Source of the DNA: Octopus sinensis
Lineage: Eukaryota
Length of the DNA stretch: 64,000 nt
NCBI RefSeq assembly: GCF_006345805.1
Contig: NC_042997.1
Coordinates: forward strand, 60,078,001 to 60,142,000
Reading direction: 5' to 3'
In this document: in pieces, positions 26,285 through 40,734 of the stretch
Position numbering within the stretch: position 1 is the first letter of the stretch
How the letters are laid out: each line of letters begins with the position of its first letter
The notes under the pieces: model-generated
Databases searched by the model: none
Told to the model about the DNA's origin: nothing
What the model saw: the letters and a program-made list of their open reading frames with translations, nothing else
Made by a program: the position numbers and the translations under genes

Positions 26285-26748
26285 CATTTGTACGCCGGTC
26301 AAAATGTTTAGTGGCATTTCTTCTGGCTTTAGGTTCTGAGTTTAAATTTCACCGAGGTCGAATTTGCCTTTCATCCTTTCAGGATCGATAAAATAAGTAT
26401 CAGTTAAGTATTAGGGTCAATGTAATCAACTTACCCTTCCTCTAAAAATTGAAGAACTTGTGCCAAAATTAAACAGTACATACACACACACACACACACG
26501 CACAATCAGACACATGTATGAAGGCGGTGAGCTGGCAGAAACGTTAGCACGCCGGGCGATATGCGTAGCCGTATTTCATCTGCCGTTACGTTTGAGTTCA
26601 AATTCCGCCGGGGTCGACTTTGCCTTTCATCCTTTCGGGGTCGATAAATAAAGTACCAGTTACGCACTGGGGTCGATGTAATCGACTTAATCCCTTTGTC
26701 TGTTTTGTTTGTCCCCTCTGTGTTTAGCCCCTTGTGGGCAGTAAAGAA

Positions 26749-26750
<2 letters not shown>
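26285..26750 (+). mobile_element. Two SINEs of the 1331 family (5'-truncated at ~26285-26460; near full-length at ~26520-26750)
   Basis: GAGTTCAAATTCCGCCGGGGTCGACTTTGCCTTTCATCCTTTCGGGG core. Confidence 0.8.
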
Positions 26751-26815
<65 letters not shown>

Positions 26816-27211
26816 CTTGTGTCTCTGTGCCTGTTGTAGTAGTAATAGTGAGAGCAGAGGAATGTCAGTAGATCAGTATCCGAAGAAAATTGGAAACATA
26901 CATTCTAAATATAAATAGTATTGTCTAATTGGAAACATACATTCTAAATATAAATAGTATGTCTAATGGCATGTTCAGTTAAACTAATCTATGAACAATG
27001 CTTTCCATGTCTAACTAACATAAAGAAATATCCAAAGTATATAAAAGTCCACACACTTCCATGCGCAATCACAAACGGGCATATTCAGTGATACGTTCAC
27101 ACCGATATATATAAACAATTGTCGTTGGGATATTTCTTTATTTTTCATTAAGTAAGGAGAATCATTATTGCTTAAACAGAAGATTTTGCCAAACATTCAA
27201 ACAGTCAAATC

Positions 27212-28447
<1,236 letters not shown>

Positions 28448-28507
28448 GTATGTGTATGTGTGTGTGTGTGTGTGTGTGTAAATGTATGTATACATATACA
28501 CACACAC

Positions 28508-28633
<126 letters not shown>

Positions 28634-31068
28634 ATAAGCTAAAATTAGGAAAACACTTAAGTGTCGCATTGACGACCTGTATCTGGAAAGACGTATTGCT
28701 GTAGAAGGTATCGTGAGACGCAATGTGTTCCCCTATTTTTTTCTTGGTACTTTCAAAACTATGGGATTCACAGCAGGCGTATGTCATGAAAATAAACTGT
28801 TTATTTCTTGAATGGCAATTCGCTTGTTAGGCGCAGACCTAATTTTAAAGCCGGAAGGAAACCGTTTATTTATAAACTGAAGTTAAGACACGCAAGTTTT
28901 GCAAATCTATTTTACGTTTGCCATTTTCCCTAAACGCACATTAACAAAGTCCTTAATCGCACGCGCGTGTGTGTATGAGTATTTAGATTAAAATAGATGC
29001 CCGAGAAAGTAGAGGTACGGGGACTATTTTGACATTGCTGTATTTAGACTTGAAAGTCTCCATTCTGAGTACACTAGTGCATATTAAGATCAAATAAATA
29101 AATAATCCTTTCTTCTACAAGCTTAACGCCCGACATTTTGCGGAAGGAGTGTGGTCCAAAAGATAAAACGGTAAAGTTGACTTCAGTGGTATTTGAACTC
29201 AGACCGTGAAGCCAGAAGAATTTATGCGAAGCATTTTGTCCTGTACGCATTCAATTTTGGTAGCATATTCTTTCTGTACCGCGGGAATTAAAGGTTATAT
29301 TCATGCCGATAAACAATGCGGTTATTAATACAGTGTACTAGTATATGTATATCGTTAAAAAAATTCATGCATTAAAACAATATTTAAAAAAACAAACACA
29401 TAATTTATTTAAAAAATTAAACCTCTGGTGTAAAAGAAAATATGGCGCAAAATGGACTTGGTTGACAAAATGTTAATCGGGCAAAGGTTTAAATAAACCA
29501 CCAAAGGCCAAGAACCGCCACTTCGATGGCTGTATCCTCAGTTTCCTTCTCAATCTCACAAAGCTTTGGTCAAGCCAGGGTGCAGCGGAAGATAGTTGAT
29601 CGAGGTGCATCGAGCAAAAGCCACGATGCTTCAAAGTGAAGTTCCTAATCACAAATCACTGCACTATAATGTCATGATATAACAAAAAAATTTACACTCA
29701 CACTCTCTTCATATGTTTGTTTCTTAAATATAACATTCTGTAAATTGGATTGAAACACAAGGAAATAGCACCACAAAAGTATTACAATCAGCAGTATACA
29801 AATTTTACGGTTAGTTACACGAATGCTTGGAGTGCTAAAATTTTTGTCATAATATTGAATGTAACGCTTGCTGTGTAGGTATGTGCATGTGTATAGATAT
29901 GCTGTCATACAACGAAATTTCTTTCAACAATTTCTTTCTCCTAAGCGTGACACACGCGTCAGGTACGTGAAAAAACAAATTAGCGTATTAATATTATTGA
30001 TAATTATATATATAAATATATATATGTCAAATTCACCCACACATATAATATTTTACTCTTTTGTTTCAGTTATTGTACCGCTGGTATGTCGGGACACTCT
30101 CTAGGACGATATTAGTCGGTCATATCGATCCTGTTATGCATTTTACGATATTAGTACTTATCGATTCTATTTGCCGAAAATTTAGTTTACATGGCATAAA
30201 CGCGGAACAGCATTTTTCAAACGGGGTAAACAAAGAACAGAACATTAAAACACAAACATTTGCATATATTATACACACACACTCACGCACGCGCGCACAC
30301 ACACACACATATACACAAACGCACGCACAAACATACACACACGCACACAGACATGTATATGTGTATATATACACACATACGTACACAGAGATATATATAT
30401 TTCTATATATATATACACACACGCATTCATATATATATATATACATGCATATGCGTTCACATACTTCACCTACATACATACACCCACACATAATCATATA
30501 TATGCATGTGTGTGAGGTTTTGTGTGTTTGCTTGTTGTGCCTGCTAATAAGAATGCGGAATGTTCGTATACATACATATAGCTAATATCAAAACAGAACT
30601 AAGGAATTAATCTTTTGAAAGTGAAGAAATAAGTGGTTGACCTATAAAGCGTACGAGAATCTGCATCATCAGTGGGATAGCATTAGATTTTAAATTGATA
30701 CGTCGTCTTTATTGACTTGGTTTCCCCAGTGGTAAGATCTACATTTCCACAGCCACCTTCGCAAATGTCATGACACATATATCAAAATGAAATTGTTCTG
30801 TAAAGTAAATTTTGTACTAAAACGCGTGAAAATGTAAAAATATATTAGTATTAAGTATGAAGAGAATGGAATAATATTTCTCTCCGGATCATATATATAT
30901 AAACACACACACACACGCATATATATTCGCATATATATATATATATATATATTGGCCTGCTCGCTTAGCCAGCGAGGTGGCATCATTCGAAGGCTAAAAC
31001 AATGCGAACGCATTGTGACCAGCGATGTGTAACAACATCTGATGGTCTGGTCGGTCACGTGATTATTG

Positions 31069-31114
<46 letters not shown>

Positions 31115-32556
31115 ATATATATTATATATATATATATATATGTGTGTGTATATATATAATCCAGTCTATAACAAATTTTGTTCCTGACTCATTCCTGACA
31201 GGATCACTAAGTAAATACCTTTTAACTGTACTTATATATTCGCCTCTTGGAGGTGAGCCGTTGATTTCAACTGGCTGTCGAATTGTAAAATTTTATAGTG
31301 ACACAAAAATTCAATTAATAGTTTATGTAAATGTGATGTCATAGTCGACGGCTGGTGTTGATTCTTTTTTGTAGCTGTTATCCTGAGTTCAATTCTTGTT
31401 GGAGACCTACTTTCAACCGCATCCAACCAGTTTATTTCTTGAATAAGTCAAATAGCTTGTAATGTTATCCCAGTAAAATTGACCTACTGCCTATTTAAAC
31501 CAAATTATTAATATAACATTAAAGTTATTTGTTGACACTCTTAAATCAAATGCTAGATTTCACATTTATTTGTGTAACTCACATTTAAAATAATACAAAA
31601 TTTCGAATGATTTGAATACCAACCATCTTGTTAATGACTGTTTATATGGTAATGTCAAAGCTCTACGGGAATATGTCATGTTACAATAGCAATATTTTTG
31701 TTTGTAATGTAGAATTTATATTACATAATTTTAGTATCATATTACATTAGTAATAAAGTAAACTGAATTTTCTTCAAATCATATGTATGCAGTAGAGAGG
31801 AGACCACAAATACTGCCACGTTACACTTGCAAAACCAGAGAGACAAAACCAGTGAGAACCTACATATCTTCAGATGAAAATTTTATAGTGCTTCTACTAC
31901 AGATAGCAAAACATTCCAGTGAGATGTGCCCGCCGTCTGCTAAGTGAATGGAGCTGTGTAAGGGTTAAGCTTTCTATTTCTTTTCCTTTATCTACTGTAT
32001 AATGCTGATTCAACGCTTTGGTGGCATGCGATTGAAACTTTAGTCTCCCAAAGAGTTCAGAGAATCCTATCTTAGTGCGAAAGCATGCTGTCTTATTTAA
32101 GATCAGCAATTATAAATAGGCTTAAATGACAAAACATAATTCAATGTATAATAGATATATTATATTGTTTTTAATTAGGTAAACATGTCTTGTATTGTAT
32201 CGGTTGAGGATACGAGAAACGTGATATATATGTTTTCGATAAAGGAACGAATTGTGTTATGTGAAATTTTTCAACAGAGAATTGAAACTTCGTTGCATCA
32301 GAACTTACCATCTATTCTTTCCCTGTTCTACAATAACTACAATATACTCATGGGAACTAATTGCATACCTTTTCAATCCACACCCATCCAAAACACTATA
32401 TATCTTTGTCTCTCGTCACTCCTACAGTATGTATCAGTTCAGATCCCATACTGAACATTTAAACATCTGGGATTCTGCAAGTATCTGAAAGTTTTCTCTG
32501 TAGATACTGAGCTACATATATTCAATCTGAACACTAATTACGTCGATTTTCACCAG

Positions 32557-32678
32557 TAAAGGAAAGCCTGCAATTCATGGAGTACGGCCTTTCTGCAGTT
32601 GACATGGAGGAACAAATGCGGATACTGCAAGATATCCTCTCTGAGAAACTGCAGTTTGTGCTAAAGAGCACAGTATGA
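32557..32678 (+). CDS. Possible terminal coding exon, product unidentified
   Basis: TTTTCACCAG acceptor, then KESLQFMEYGLSAVDMEEQMRILQDILSEKLQFVLKSTV*; no family recognised. Confidence 0.25.
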
Positions 32679-34148
32679 AACAATCTGCATCAATTTCTGA
32701 TATTGCAATATCAAGGCCACATATTTACACATATTTATCATACATAGATATATCGTTTTATCGACTATGGTGAATGTACGATTAGAATTTATATGGAAAA
32801 CTAAATACAATAGAGCTCTGCTGACTACTACTCCACCAACCTATAAAAAGGTAAATGTTGCGTGTAATAGTGTCGACACGAACGTCTTACCTAGGAAGTT
32901 ATTACATACTACTAAGATAGTTACTAGAATTGATAAACTAGTAAGAATGAATTAGACTGGAATTAACAACATAAAGGGTGTTCAACAATAAAATATATAT
33001 GTTATGTTAAATGAATCATCGATTCAGTTTTTGTTATCGTTAAAAGCCTGTTTTGAACGCGACAGCCCAAAGAAAACAAAAACAAAACAAAACAAAACAA
33101 AACAACTGAGTAATATCAAAAGTTCTGTCCACAGTAACGACTTAGTTTGGCGATTTCTGTGTGTGTAGATAACAGAAATATATAAAGACGGGAAGAAAGG
33201 GAGAGGGTAAAATAAGTGCAGTCAAGTGTACCCTTATGCTAATTGGAGCTCATTCACTTTATGTTGCAGACTCTTCATATTTAGCGGTTTGGTCGCCCAC
33301 ATCTGCTGATAATGAATGATGCCTGGTGTGAAGATATCACTGCTTTGTTTTTCCTTACCTGTCATTTGTCTGTCATTCTCTATCTGTAATTGTTCATCAG
33401 TCGCTTGATCTCTTTAAACCTGATCTCTTTTAATGCGTTTCAGAGCAGACCCAGTTAGACAGGTCTATGGTGACATCACCACTCGAAACACCAGGATGTT
33501 TACATATAATTTTATTGGCCAGATTTTTCAGACGTCATTACTGACTCTGTCAAAATTCCGGTTATTTATGAAAATTTTCATAAATAGCCAAAAGAAAAAA
33601 AAGGAAAGATGAAGACTGAGGAAGAGACCTGTTATAAATGGAATAACCCCAACGTCTGATGAAGAGGCAATTATCGTATCAGTGTACGTTTTCCTTTCGA
33701 AGGGGAGACTGATTCTTTCTAAAGAATGACGGTTGCAGCTAAAAATGCTGATCCTTGTTGAAATTGTTGAACAACGCAGCCCTTCTTAGATTTTAAAGGT
33801 GTGGCTCATCCTACTAGAATTAACAGTCAAATGTCCTTTAAATCACATATCGTTTATACTTGATGTGTAAAAGATTGAATTGACACCACCGTCTCCTATT
33901 TCTCTTTCCATAAAACATTGTAGTTTTAGCAAATATAAAATAAAATGAAAAATAAGCGCTGAAAAGAGAAAACATGTTTACAATCTTATATCAATACAGA
34001 ATTATAAATTAAAACTATTTTTAGATGTATCATGTTTATCCATATAAATATAAGCATACACATAGAAACACATGTGATCTCTTGAGCACCACCAGCAAAA
34101 ACGTTTTTTTCCTCTGTCTTCCCTTCTCGGGATCTTTCCTTCTCCTTT

Positions 34149-34183
34149 GTTTCCGACGAAGAGCTCCGCTCGAAACGTCAAAC
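34149..34183 (+). ncRNA. Minimal type I hammerhead ribozyme variant
   Basis: GTTT CCGACGA A GAGC tcc GCTC GAAA CG TC AAAC: 4-bp stem I, core with U4C change, palindromic ACGT stem III. Confidence 0.65.
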
Positions 34184-34275
34184 CCTCCTTCCCTTCTTTC
34201 CTGAGCGTCAAATAATATTTTAATTGTTCCACGTCCTCGCTGCTGTGTTTTTTCTGTGTTTTCTTGTTTGGATTA

Positions 34276-34322
<47 letters not shown>

Positions 34323-34731
34323 AATATTAGGGAATAAATCCAAATTTACAGGGAAAAAAAAATCAGATTTAGGATTAAATCCAATTTTATAGTAAAATAT
34401 TATATAATTAATTAGAGACAAAAACCACTATTTGCAAAACAAACAAGGAAAGACTTAATCAATACATAAAATTTTAAAAAGTCAAAAAAACCGCCACTAC
34501 AATTGTTCTTGTCCTGATCGACAATCTTCAGGTGGACTTCCAATTTCAACAGTTTCAAGTCAGTTTCAAACAAATTAATATTATATATTATTATTATATA
34601 TATATATATATGTATGTATGTATGTATATACATATGTGTGTATATGTGTGTACGAGCGTCTGTATATATATATATATATATATAATATATATATATATAT
34701 ACGCGAGAAAGAAGCAACAAGAATGGATAGG

Positions 34732-34824
34732 TTTTTAGTACGATCGTTTCATACAAGGAAGGGTTTTATTAAAAGTTGCAAAGATTACAGCATATAAACG
34801 AGTCCCGTACTCATCAGCTAAAAA
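34732..34824 (-). ncRNA. Type I hammerhead in the left arm
   Basis: Minus: TTTTAG CTGATGA GTACGGG..loop..CTTGTAT GAAA CGATCG TA CTAAAA. Confidence 0.7.
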
Positions 34825-37800
34825 TACATGTAAGTTCTCTAGACATCCTAGTGTTTGAGGCTATACTCATGAAGTAATGTAGATAATTAAACAGATTTCT
34901 AAAGTCATTAAAGTTCTTTAAAGATGATGTACAGTCTTATCACAGAATTTAAAAAAGTTTTGATAGCATCACAGAGAAGGTGACCTAATCCATATGAATT
35001 TCCATAGATGATGAGGGATTATATACTCACAGAAGACAAATTATCCATTGTTAATTACAACGAGGTGGGTCTCAATTCCTGCTTATTAGCATTACAGAGA
35101 GGGTGAATTAATCCTTTGTATATGCACAGATTCCAATGGTGTAGATGTAAATTTCCAGAGAAATGGAGATGAATTTCATATTCACAGGCGATAAAATTTA
35201 CAATGGTTGAACACAATGAGGTAGGTATCAATCCTTGTTATATGATTAGGTGTTTGCCACATTAATCACATGACTGCTATTCACAAGAGGCTGTAGCTAT
35301 TTAACTCTTAAAGGCTGAAGGGCTTACTAGATCGGCCAAGAATAGAGAAGGGAATAGAAGAAAAGAGAGAAAATAATGGAGGAGGGAGCAAAAAAGGGGG
35401 GGGGAGAGGGGACTAAAAGAGAAGAGAAAAGGAAACAGAGAGAATAAGAAGAAGAAAAAGAAAAAGAGAAGAGAGAAAGAAATAGGGAAAGAAGGGAAAA
35501 AAAGAAAAAGAAAAAAAGAGGGTTCTAGCTATACAGAAGAGTTAGTAGACTGTAAGTCTGGTTTAATCAACAGGCATCTAGGAACTAGAGGAGAATATTA
35601 TTCTTTGACCAGTAAACCGTTAATTTATTGCTGTTGAAATCAGCTATGAGTTTAAAGAGAATCTAAAGAGATAACACAGTCAGGGGTTAAGGGGTCAGAT
35701 GCTAAAATCACCAGAAAATACATTAGGAAAATCTAAGTATAATCTTATCAAAAAGTCATTAAAAATTTACTTATTTAATTTATTCATTTATTGTCTTAAG
35801 GAGTTGTCGTTATTATTCATACAATGACTGACTACAGGTCAAATCTTATAAGATCATTTACAAGGTGTTAGGGGATTGTCTATCATAATGAAGATAATCA
35901 TATTATCACCGAGGGAATAGCCTTATTTATTTAATGAAATAGAATTATGGGGCTACAGTAACTAATTATAATTTATTAGAGTTATGCTATTTAAATTAGA
36001 TTAAGTTAGGAATTAAAATTAAATATTACAATTAAGATTTAAAATTAAGAATTTAAAAATTGTGAGTTTGAAATTAAATAAAGCCTCAATTAAGTAGCGA
36101 ATAAGTACTATTCATTTCCTGATCTCAAAAAACTGATGCAGATATAAGGAAAAAGATAAAGATAACTGTGTGAGAACTCTTAGTTATCTACTTAAAGCAG
36201 TGCTATACTAGTAGAAATCAAGTTTATCTATCTATCTAGTTATGAATATTCCAATCATTTAAATATTTTAAAGTCTTCAATTTAGCGTGGACACAAACTT
36301 GACCTAGTTCGATATGGTTATTCAATAAGTTTCTATGTTTACTATGCTTAGAATTTCGTACGTCTCCATGGAGCATAGTTGACAACCAACCCTACTATTT
36401 TTATACGGAATTGCTCTCCTAACTATTTCCCAATTAAGGGTATAATTTTTATTATTATTTTTGAGTTCCCAGATTTTGTTTGAAAGTGTGGTGGTACCAG
36501 CTTTATGACGTAATTTAAAAGTCGAGATGTGATTTCTAACTCTAGCTAAAAAATTAATTGTACAGCCAATGTAAAATATTTGTTATTCTCCGTGGATATG
36601 GTACTTTATAGATTACATTATTTCCCTACATAGACCAGGTGCCGGGCATTTTGATTTTATTCTACACTTACACACAGGAGGAACAACTTCAGGCCTTGGA
36701 TTATTCCTGGGTAGATGTTTAAGGTTCCTATTATTTTGATTATCATTTCTATAGTTGGTGCTAATATCTAAAGTATTGTTATTATTTATTGATCCTCTGT
36801 TCATCATTTAGGTGTAAAGTCCTACCAAGATTTCTTATATTATTCGTAATGTTATTATTATTGTTAGTCTTTTTATCCAACGTATATATTATGTTATAGA
36901 TATCACTGATATTTTCATTCTCCTTATTTTCTCCATTAGCCTTATTTCTATTATTTCTATTATTAACAATATACTTCTATTAATATCGGCATTATTATTA
37001 TTACTATTAATGTTAATGTTATTAGTCATTCTGTGGTTACTAATTTCACCTATGTTTTGATAGTTCCTATTGCTGTTTTTATTGTTGGTAGTATTATTGT
37101 TATTGCTATTGGTATTCATTCTGATATTATTATTTTTATTTCTATCTTTCCTGGCTAGTTTAATGTTGTTATTATTAATTTTAGCTATTAAAGTGGACAT
37201 ATTGGGAGGGTTGAAAAGATCCTAACTGTTTTCCTAGAAATAATTCTATGATATCTATGAGAGATAGGGAAATTTTTTTTTTTTTTTTTTTTTTTCCAGA
37301 ATCACTTTGAATTGTTCTGTATATCCGATTGTATCGCACAGTTGAAAGGAATATTCAGCCATAATATATCTTTTTTATAAAATTTAGGGTTCGTAGAATT
37401 ACTACTATTCATCTCACCGGAGTTATTGTATTTATTACCATTATTTTTTTTTTTATTTGTGTGCATCTTAGGTTTATCTACTTCAATCTTATCCGAGTTA
37501 CCTATGTTCTGGTCAATGCTTCTATTTGAATTGTTGGGCCTGTACTCTAGATTAGCGTTTACCGTTAATTTAATTCTACTTTTATTTCGGGCTTGGTCTT
37601 TTTGCTGCTTACGTGATTACTGATAACTTCATTATTAGGAATACGTGAGTTCTCCCTATCAACGAATGTAATCTTTTGGTTGTATCCAGCCTTAGTTAAC
37701 GCCGCATTATAATGCTCAGAATGGGAGTTAAATATATCCTTATTGGATGATAATTTTGAAATTCTTAATGAAATATTTCTTACTAAAGATTCTATTATAT

Positions 37801-37931
37801 TTGGGGGATGATTTGATAATTTATTTACGTAATTCGTGACTTCGCCTTCCTTTCTAATGGGTAATGTGAGTTGGAGTTAAGGTCTAGGGTAATATCTAGG
37901 AAATTAGCTATTTTAGTGCCCGGTTCATACG

Positions 37932-38393
37932 TTATACTGAGGTTGAAATCCTTAAAGAACTTATTAATTTTTTTCTAATCCTTTCTATAACAGATTTATT
38001 ATTACTAGGGATAACAAACAGAGCATCATCCCTATATAGACCCCCCTGTATTTCTGGGATATCCTTGCTTATGCATTTTAATAGATATGCGCCTACTAGG
38101 TTGGTTACCTCAGCCGAATCACTGGAACCCATTGGTATATCAAAAAAATTTGGTGTATCTGCTCTAGTCCATAATTTATCTTCAAATTCAATAAATGTCT
38201 TCCTAGCTAGTAGCACAATATTGATTTCTTCTCTAGTTATGAGGGAGCGATTCATGGCAAATATTAGTGATTTGTTGAGTAAGATAGGGGAAATGCTAGA
38301 GTAATAACTATTAATATCGAACTGAATAAAGGACAGACTACTAGTATTAGTTAGAGAGTTAAACCATTTTAGAACTTCGTCGGTACTAGCCAT
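37932..38393 (-). pseudogene. PLE reverse transcriptase core fragment
   Basis: ORF-track protein with D-x-x-S-Y-Y, PMGS and YRDD motifs; frameshifted at both ends. Confidence 0.9.
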
Positions 38394-40457
38394 AGTTTAA
38401 GGGGAGAAGAGGGGTTATTTTGGGGGGTAGAACAGTATCCAGGATAGATTTACTAGGACTTTACACCTAAATGATGAACAGAAGGATCAATAAATAATAA
38501 CAATACTTTAGATATTAGCACCAACTATAGAAATGATAATCAAAATAATAGGAACCTTAAACATCTACCAGGAATAATCCAAGGCCTGAAGTGTTCCTCC
38601 TGTGTGTAAGTGTAGAATAAAATCAAAATGCCCGGCACCTGGTCTATGTAGGGAAAATAATGTAATCTATAAATGTACCATATCCACGGAGAATAACAAA
38701 TATTTTTACATTGGCTGTACAATTAATTTTTTAGCTAGAGTTAGAAATCACATCTCGAATTTTAAATTACGTCATAAGCTGGTACCACCACACTTTCAAA
38801 CAAAATCTGGGAACTCAAAAATAATATAAAAATTATACCCTTAATTGGGAAATAGTTAGGAGAGCAATTCGTATAAAAATAGTAGGGTTGGTTGTCAACT
38901 ATGCTCCATGGAGACGTACGAATTCTAAAGCATAGTAAACATAGAAACTTATTGAATAACCATATCGAACTAGGTCAAGTTTGTGTCCACGCTAAATTGA
39001 AGACTTTAAAATATTTAAATGATTGGAATATTCATAACTAGATAGATAGATATAACTTGATTTACTAGTATAGCACTGCTTTAAGTAGATAACTAAGAGT
39101 TCTCACATTACAGTTATCTTTATCTTTTTCCTTATATCTGCATCAGTTTTTTGAGATCAGGGAAATGAATAGTACTTATTCGCTACTTAATTGAGGCTTT
39201 ATTTAATTTCAAACTCACAATTTTTAAATTCTTAATTTTAAATCTTATTGTAAATTTAATTTTAATTCCTAACTTAATCTAATTTAAATAGCATAACTCT
39301 AATAAATTATAATTAGTTACTGTAGCCCCATAATTCTATTTCATAATTAAATAAATAAGGCTATTCCCTCGGTGATAATATGATTATCTTCATTATGATA
39401 GACAATCCCCTAACACCTTGTAAATGATCTTATAAGATTTGACCTGTAGTCAGTCATTGTATGAATAATAACGACAACTCCTTAAGACAATAAAATGAAT
39501 AAATTAAATAAGTAAATTTTTAATGACTTTTTGATAAGATTATACTTAGATTTTCCTAATGTATTTTCTGGTGATTTTAGCATCTGACCCCTTACCCCTG
39601 ACTGTGTTATCTCTTTAGATTCTCTTTAAACTCATAGCTGATTTCAACAGCAATAAATTAACGGTTTACTGGTCAAAGAATAATATTCTCCTCTAGTTCC
39701 TAGATGCCTGTTGATTAAAACCAGACTTACAGTCTACTAACTCTTCTGTATAGCTAGAACCCTCTTTTTTCTTTTTCTTTTTTTCCCTTCTTTCCCTATT
39801 TCTTTCTCTCTTCTCTTTTTCTTTTTCTTCTTCTTATTCTCTGTTTCCTTTTCTCTTCTCTTTTAGTCCCCCTCTCCCCCCCCCTTTTTTGCTCCTCCTC
39901 CATTATTTTCTCTCTTTTCTTCTATTCCCTTCTCTATTCTTGGCCGATCTAGTAAGCCTTCAGCCTTTAAGAGTTAAATAGCTACAGCCTCTTGTGAATA
40001 GCAGTCATGTGATTAATGTGGCAAACACCTAATCATATAACAAGGATTGATACCTACCTCATTGTGTTCAACCATTGTAAAATTTATCGCCTGTGAATAT
40101 GAAATTCATCTCCATTTCTCTGGAAATTTACATCTACACCATTGGAATCTGTGCATATATACAAAGGATTAATTCACCCTCTCTGTAATGCTAATAAGCA
40201 GGAATGAGACCCACCTCGTTGTAATTAACAATGGATAAATTTGTCTTCTGTGAGTATATAATCCCTCATCATATCTATGGAAATTCATATGGATTAGGTC
40301 ACCTTCTCTGTGATGCTATCAAAACTTTTTTAAAATTCTGTGATAAGACTGTACATCATCTTAAAGAACTTAATGAACTTTAGAAATCTGTTTAATTATC
40401 TACATTACTTCATGAGTATAGCCTCAAACACTAGGATGTCTAGAGAACTTACATGTA

Positions 40458-40546
40458 TTTTAGCTGATGAGTACGGGACTCGTTTATATGCTGTAATCTT
40501 TGCAACTTTTAATAAAACCTGTCCTTGTGAAACGATCGTACTAAAA
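40458..40546 (+). ncRNA. Type I hammerhead in the right arm
   Basis: TTTTAG CTGATGA GTACGGGAC..GTCCTTGT GAAA CGATCG TA CTAAAA; stem II pairs less well than in the left copy. Confidence 0.65.
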
Positions 40547-40692
40547 AACCTATCCATTCTTGTTGCTTCTTTCTCGCTTATAATCACCCCACATTACTGT
40601 ATTGTTAAATCAGTATAGTTTTTTTTGGTGCATCTAAGTTAGGTACCATATTCAAGTAAATTTTTTAAATTAACTTGAATCTTTATTGCTCT

Positions 40693-40734
<42 letters not shown>

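Larger units (their letters stand above)
34703..40577 (-). mobile_element. Penelope-like element with 2.1-kb inverted arms (34703-36824 and 38454-40577)
   Basis: Spacer encodes a 5'-truncated PLE RT on minus (FDINSYYSSI, IPMGS, GLYRDDA). Each arm carries a CxCx5Cx5C linker, GIY-YIG (VIYKC..FYIG) and a ~1.5-kb 3' UTR. The arms are near-exact reverse complements. Confidence 0.9.

Noticed and set aside
33655-33715. CTGATGAAGAGG...CCTTTCGAAG as a hammerhead
   Set aside because: GAAG instead of GAAA and no stem III/NUH site.
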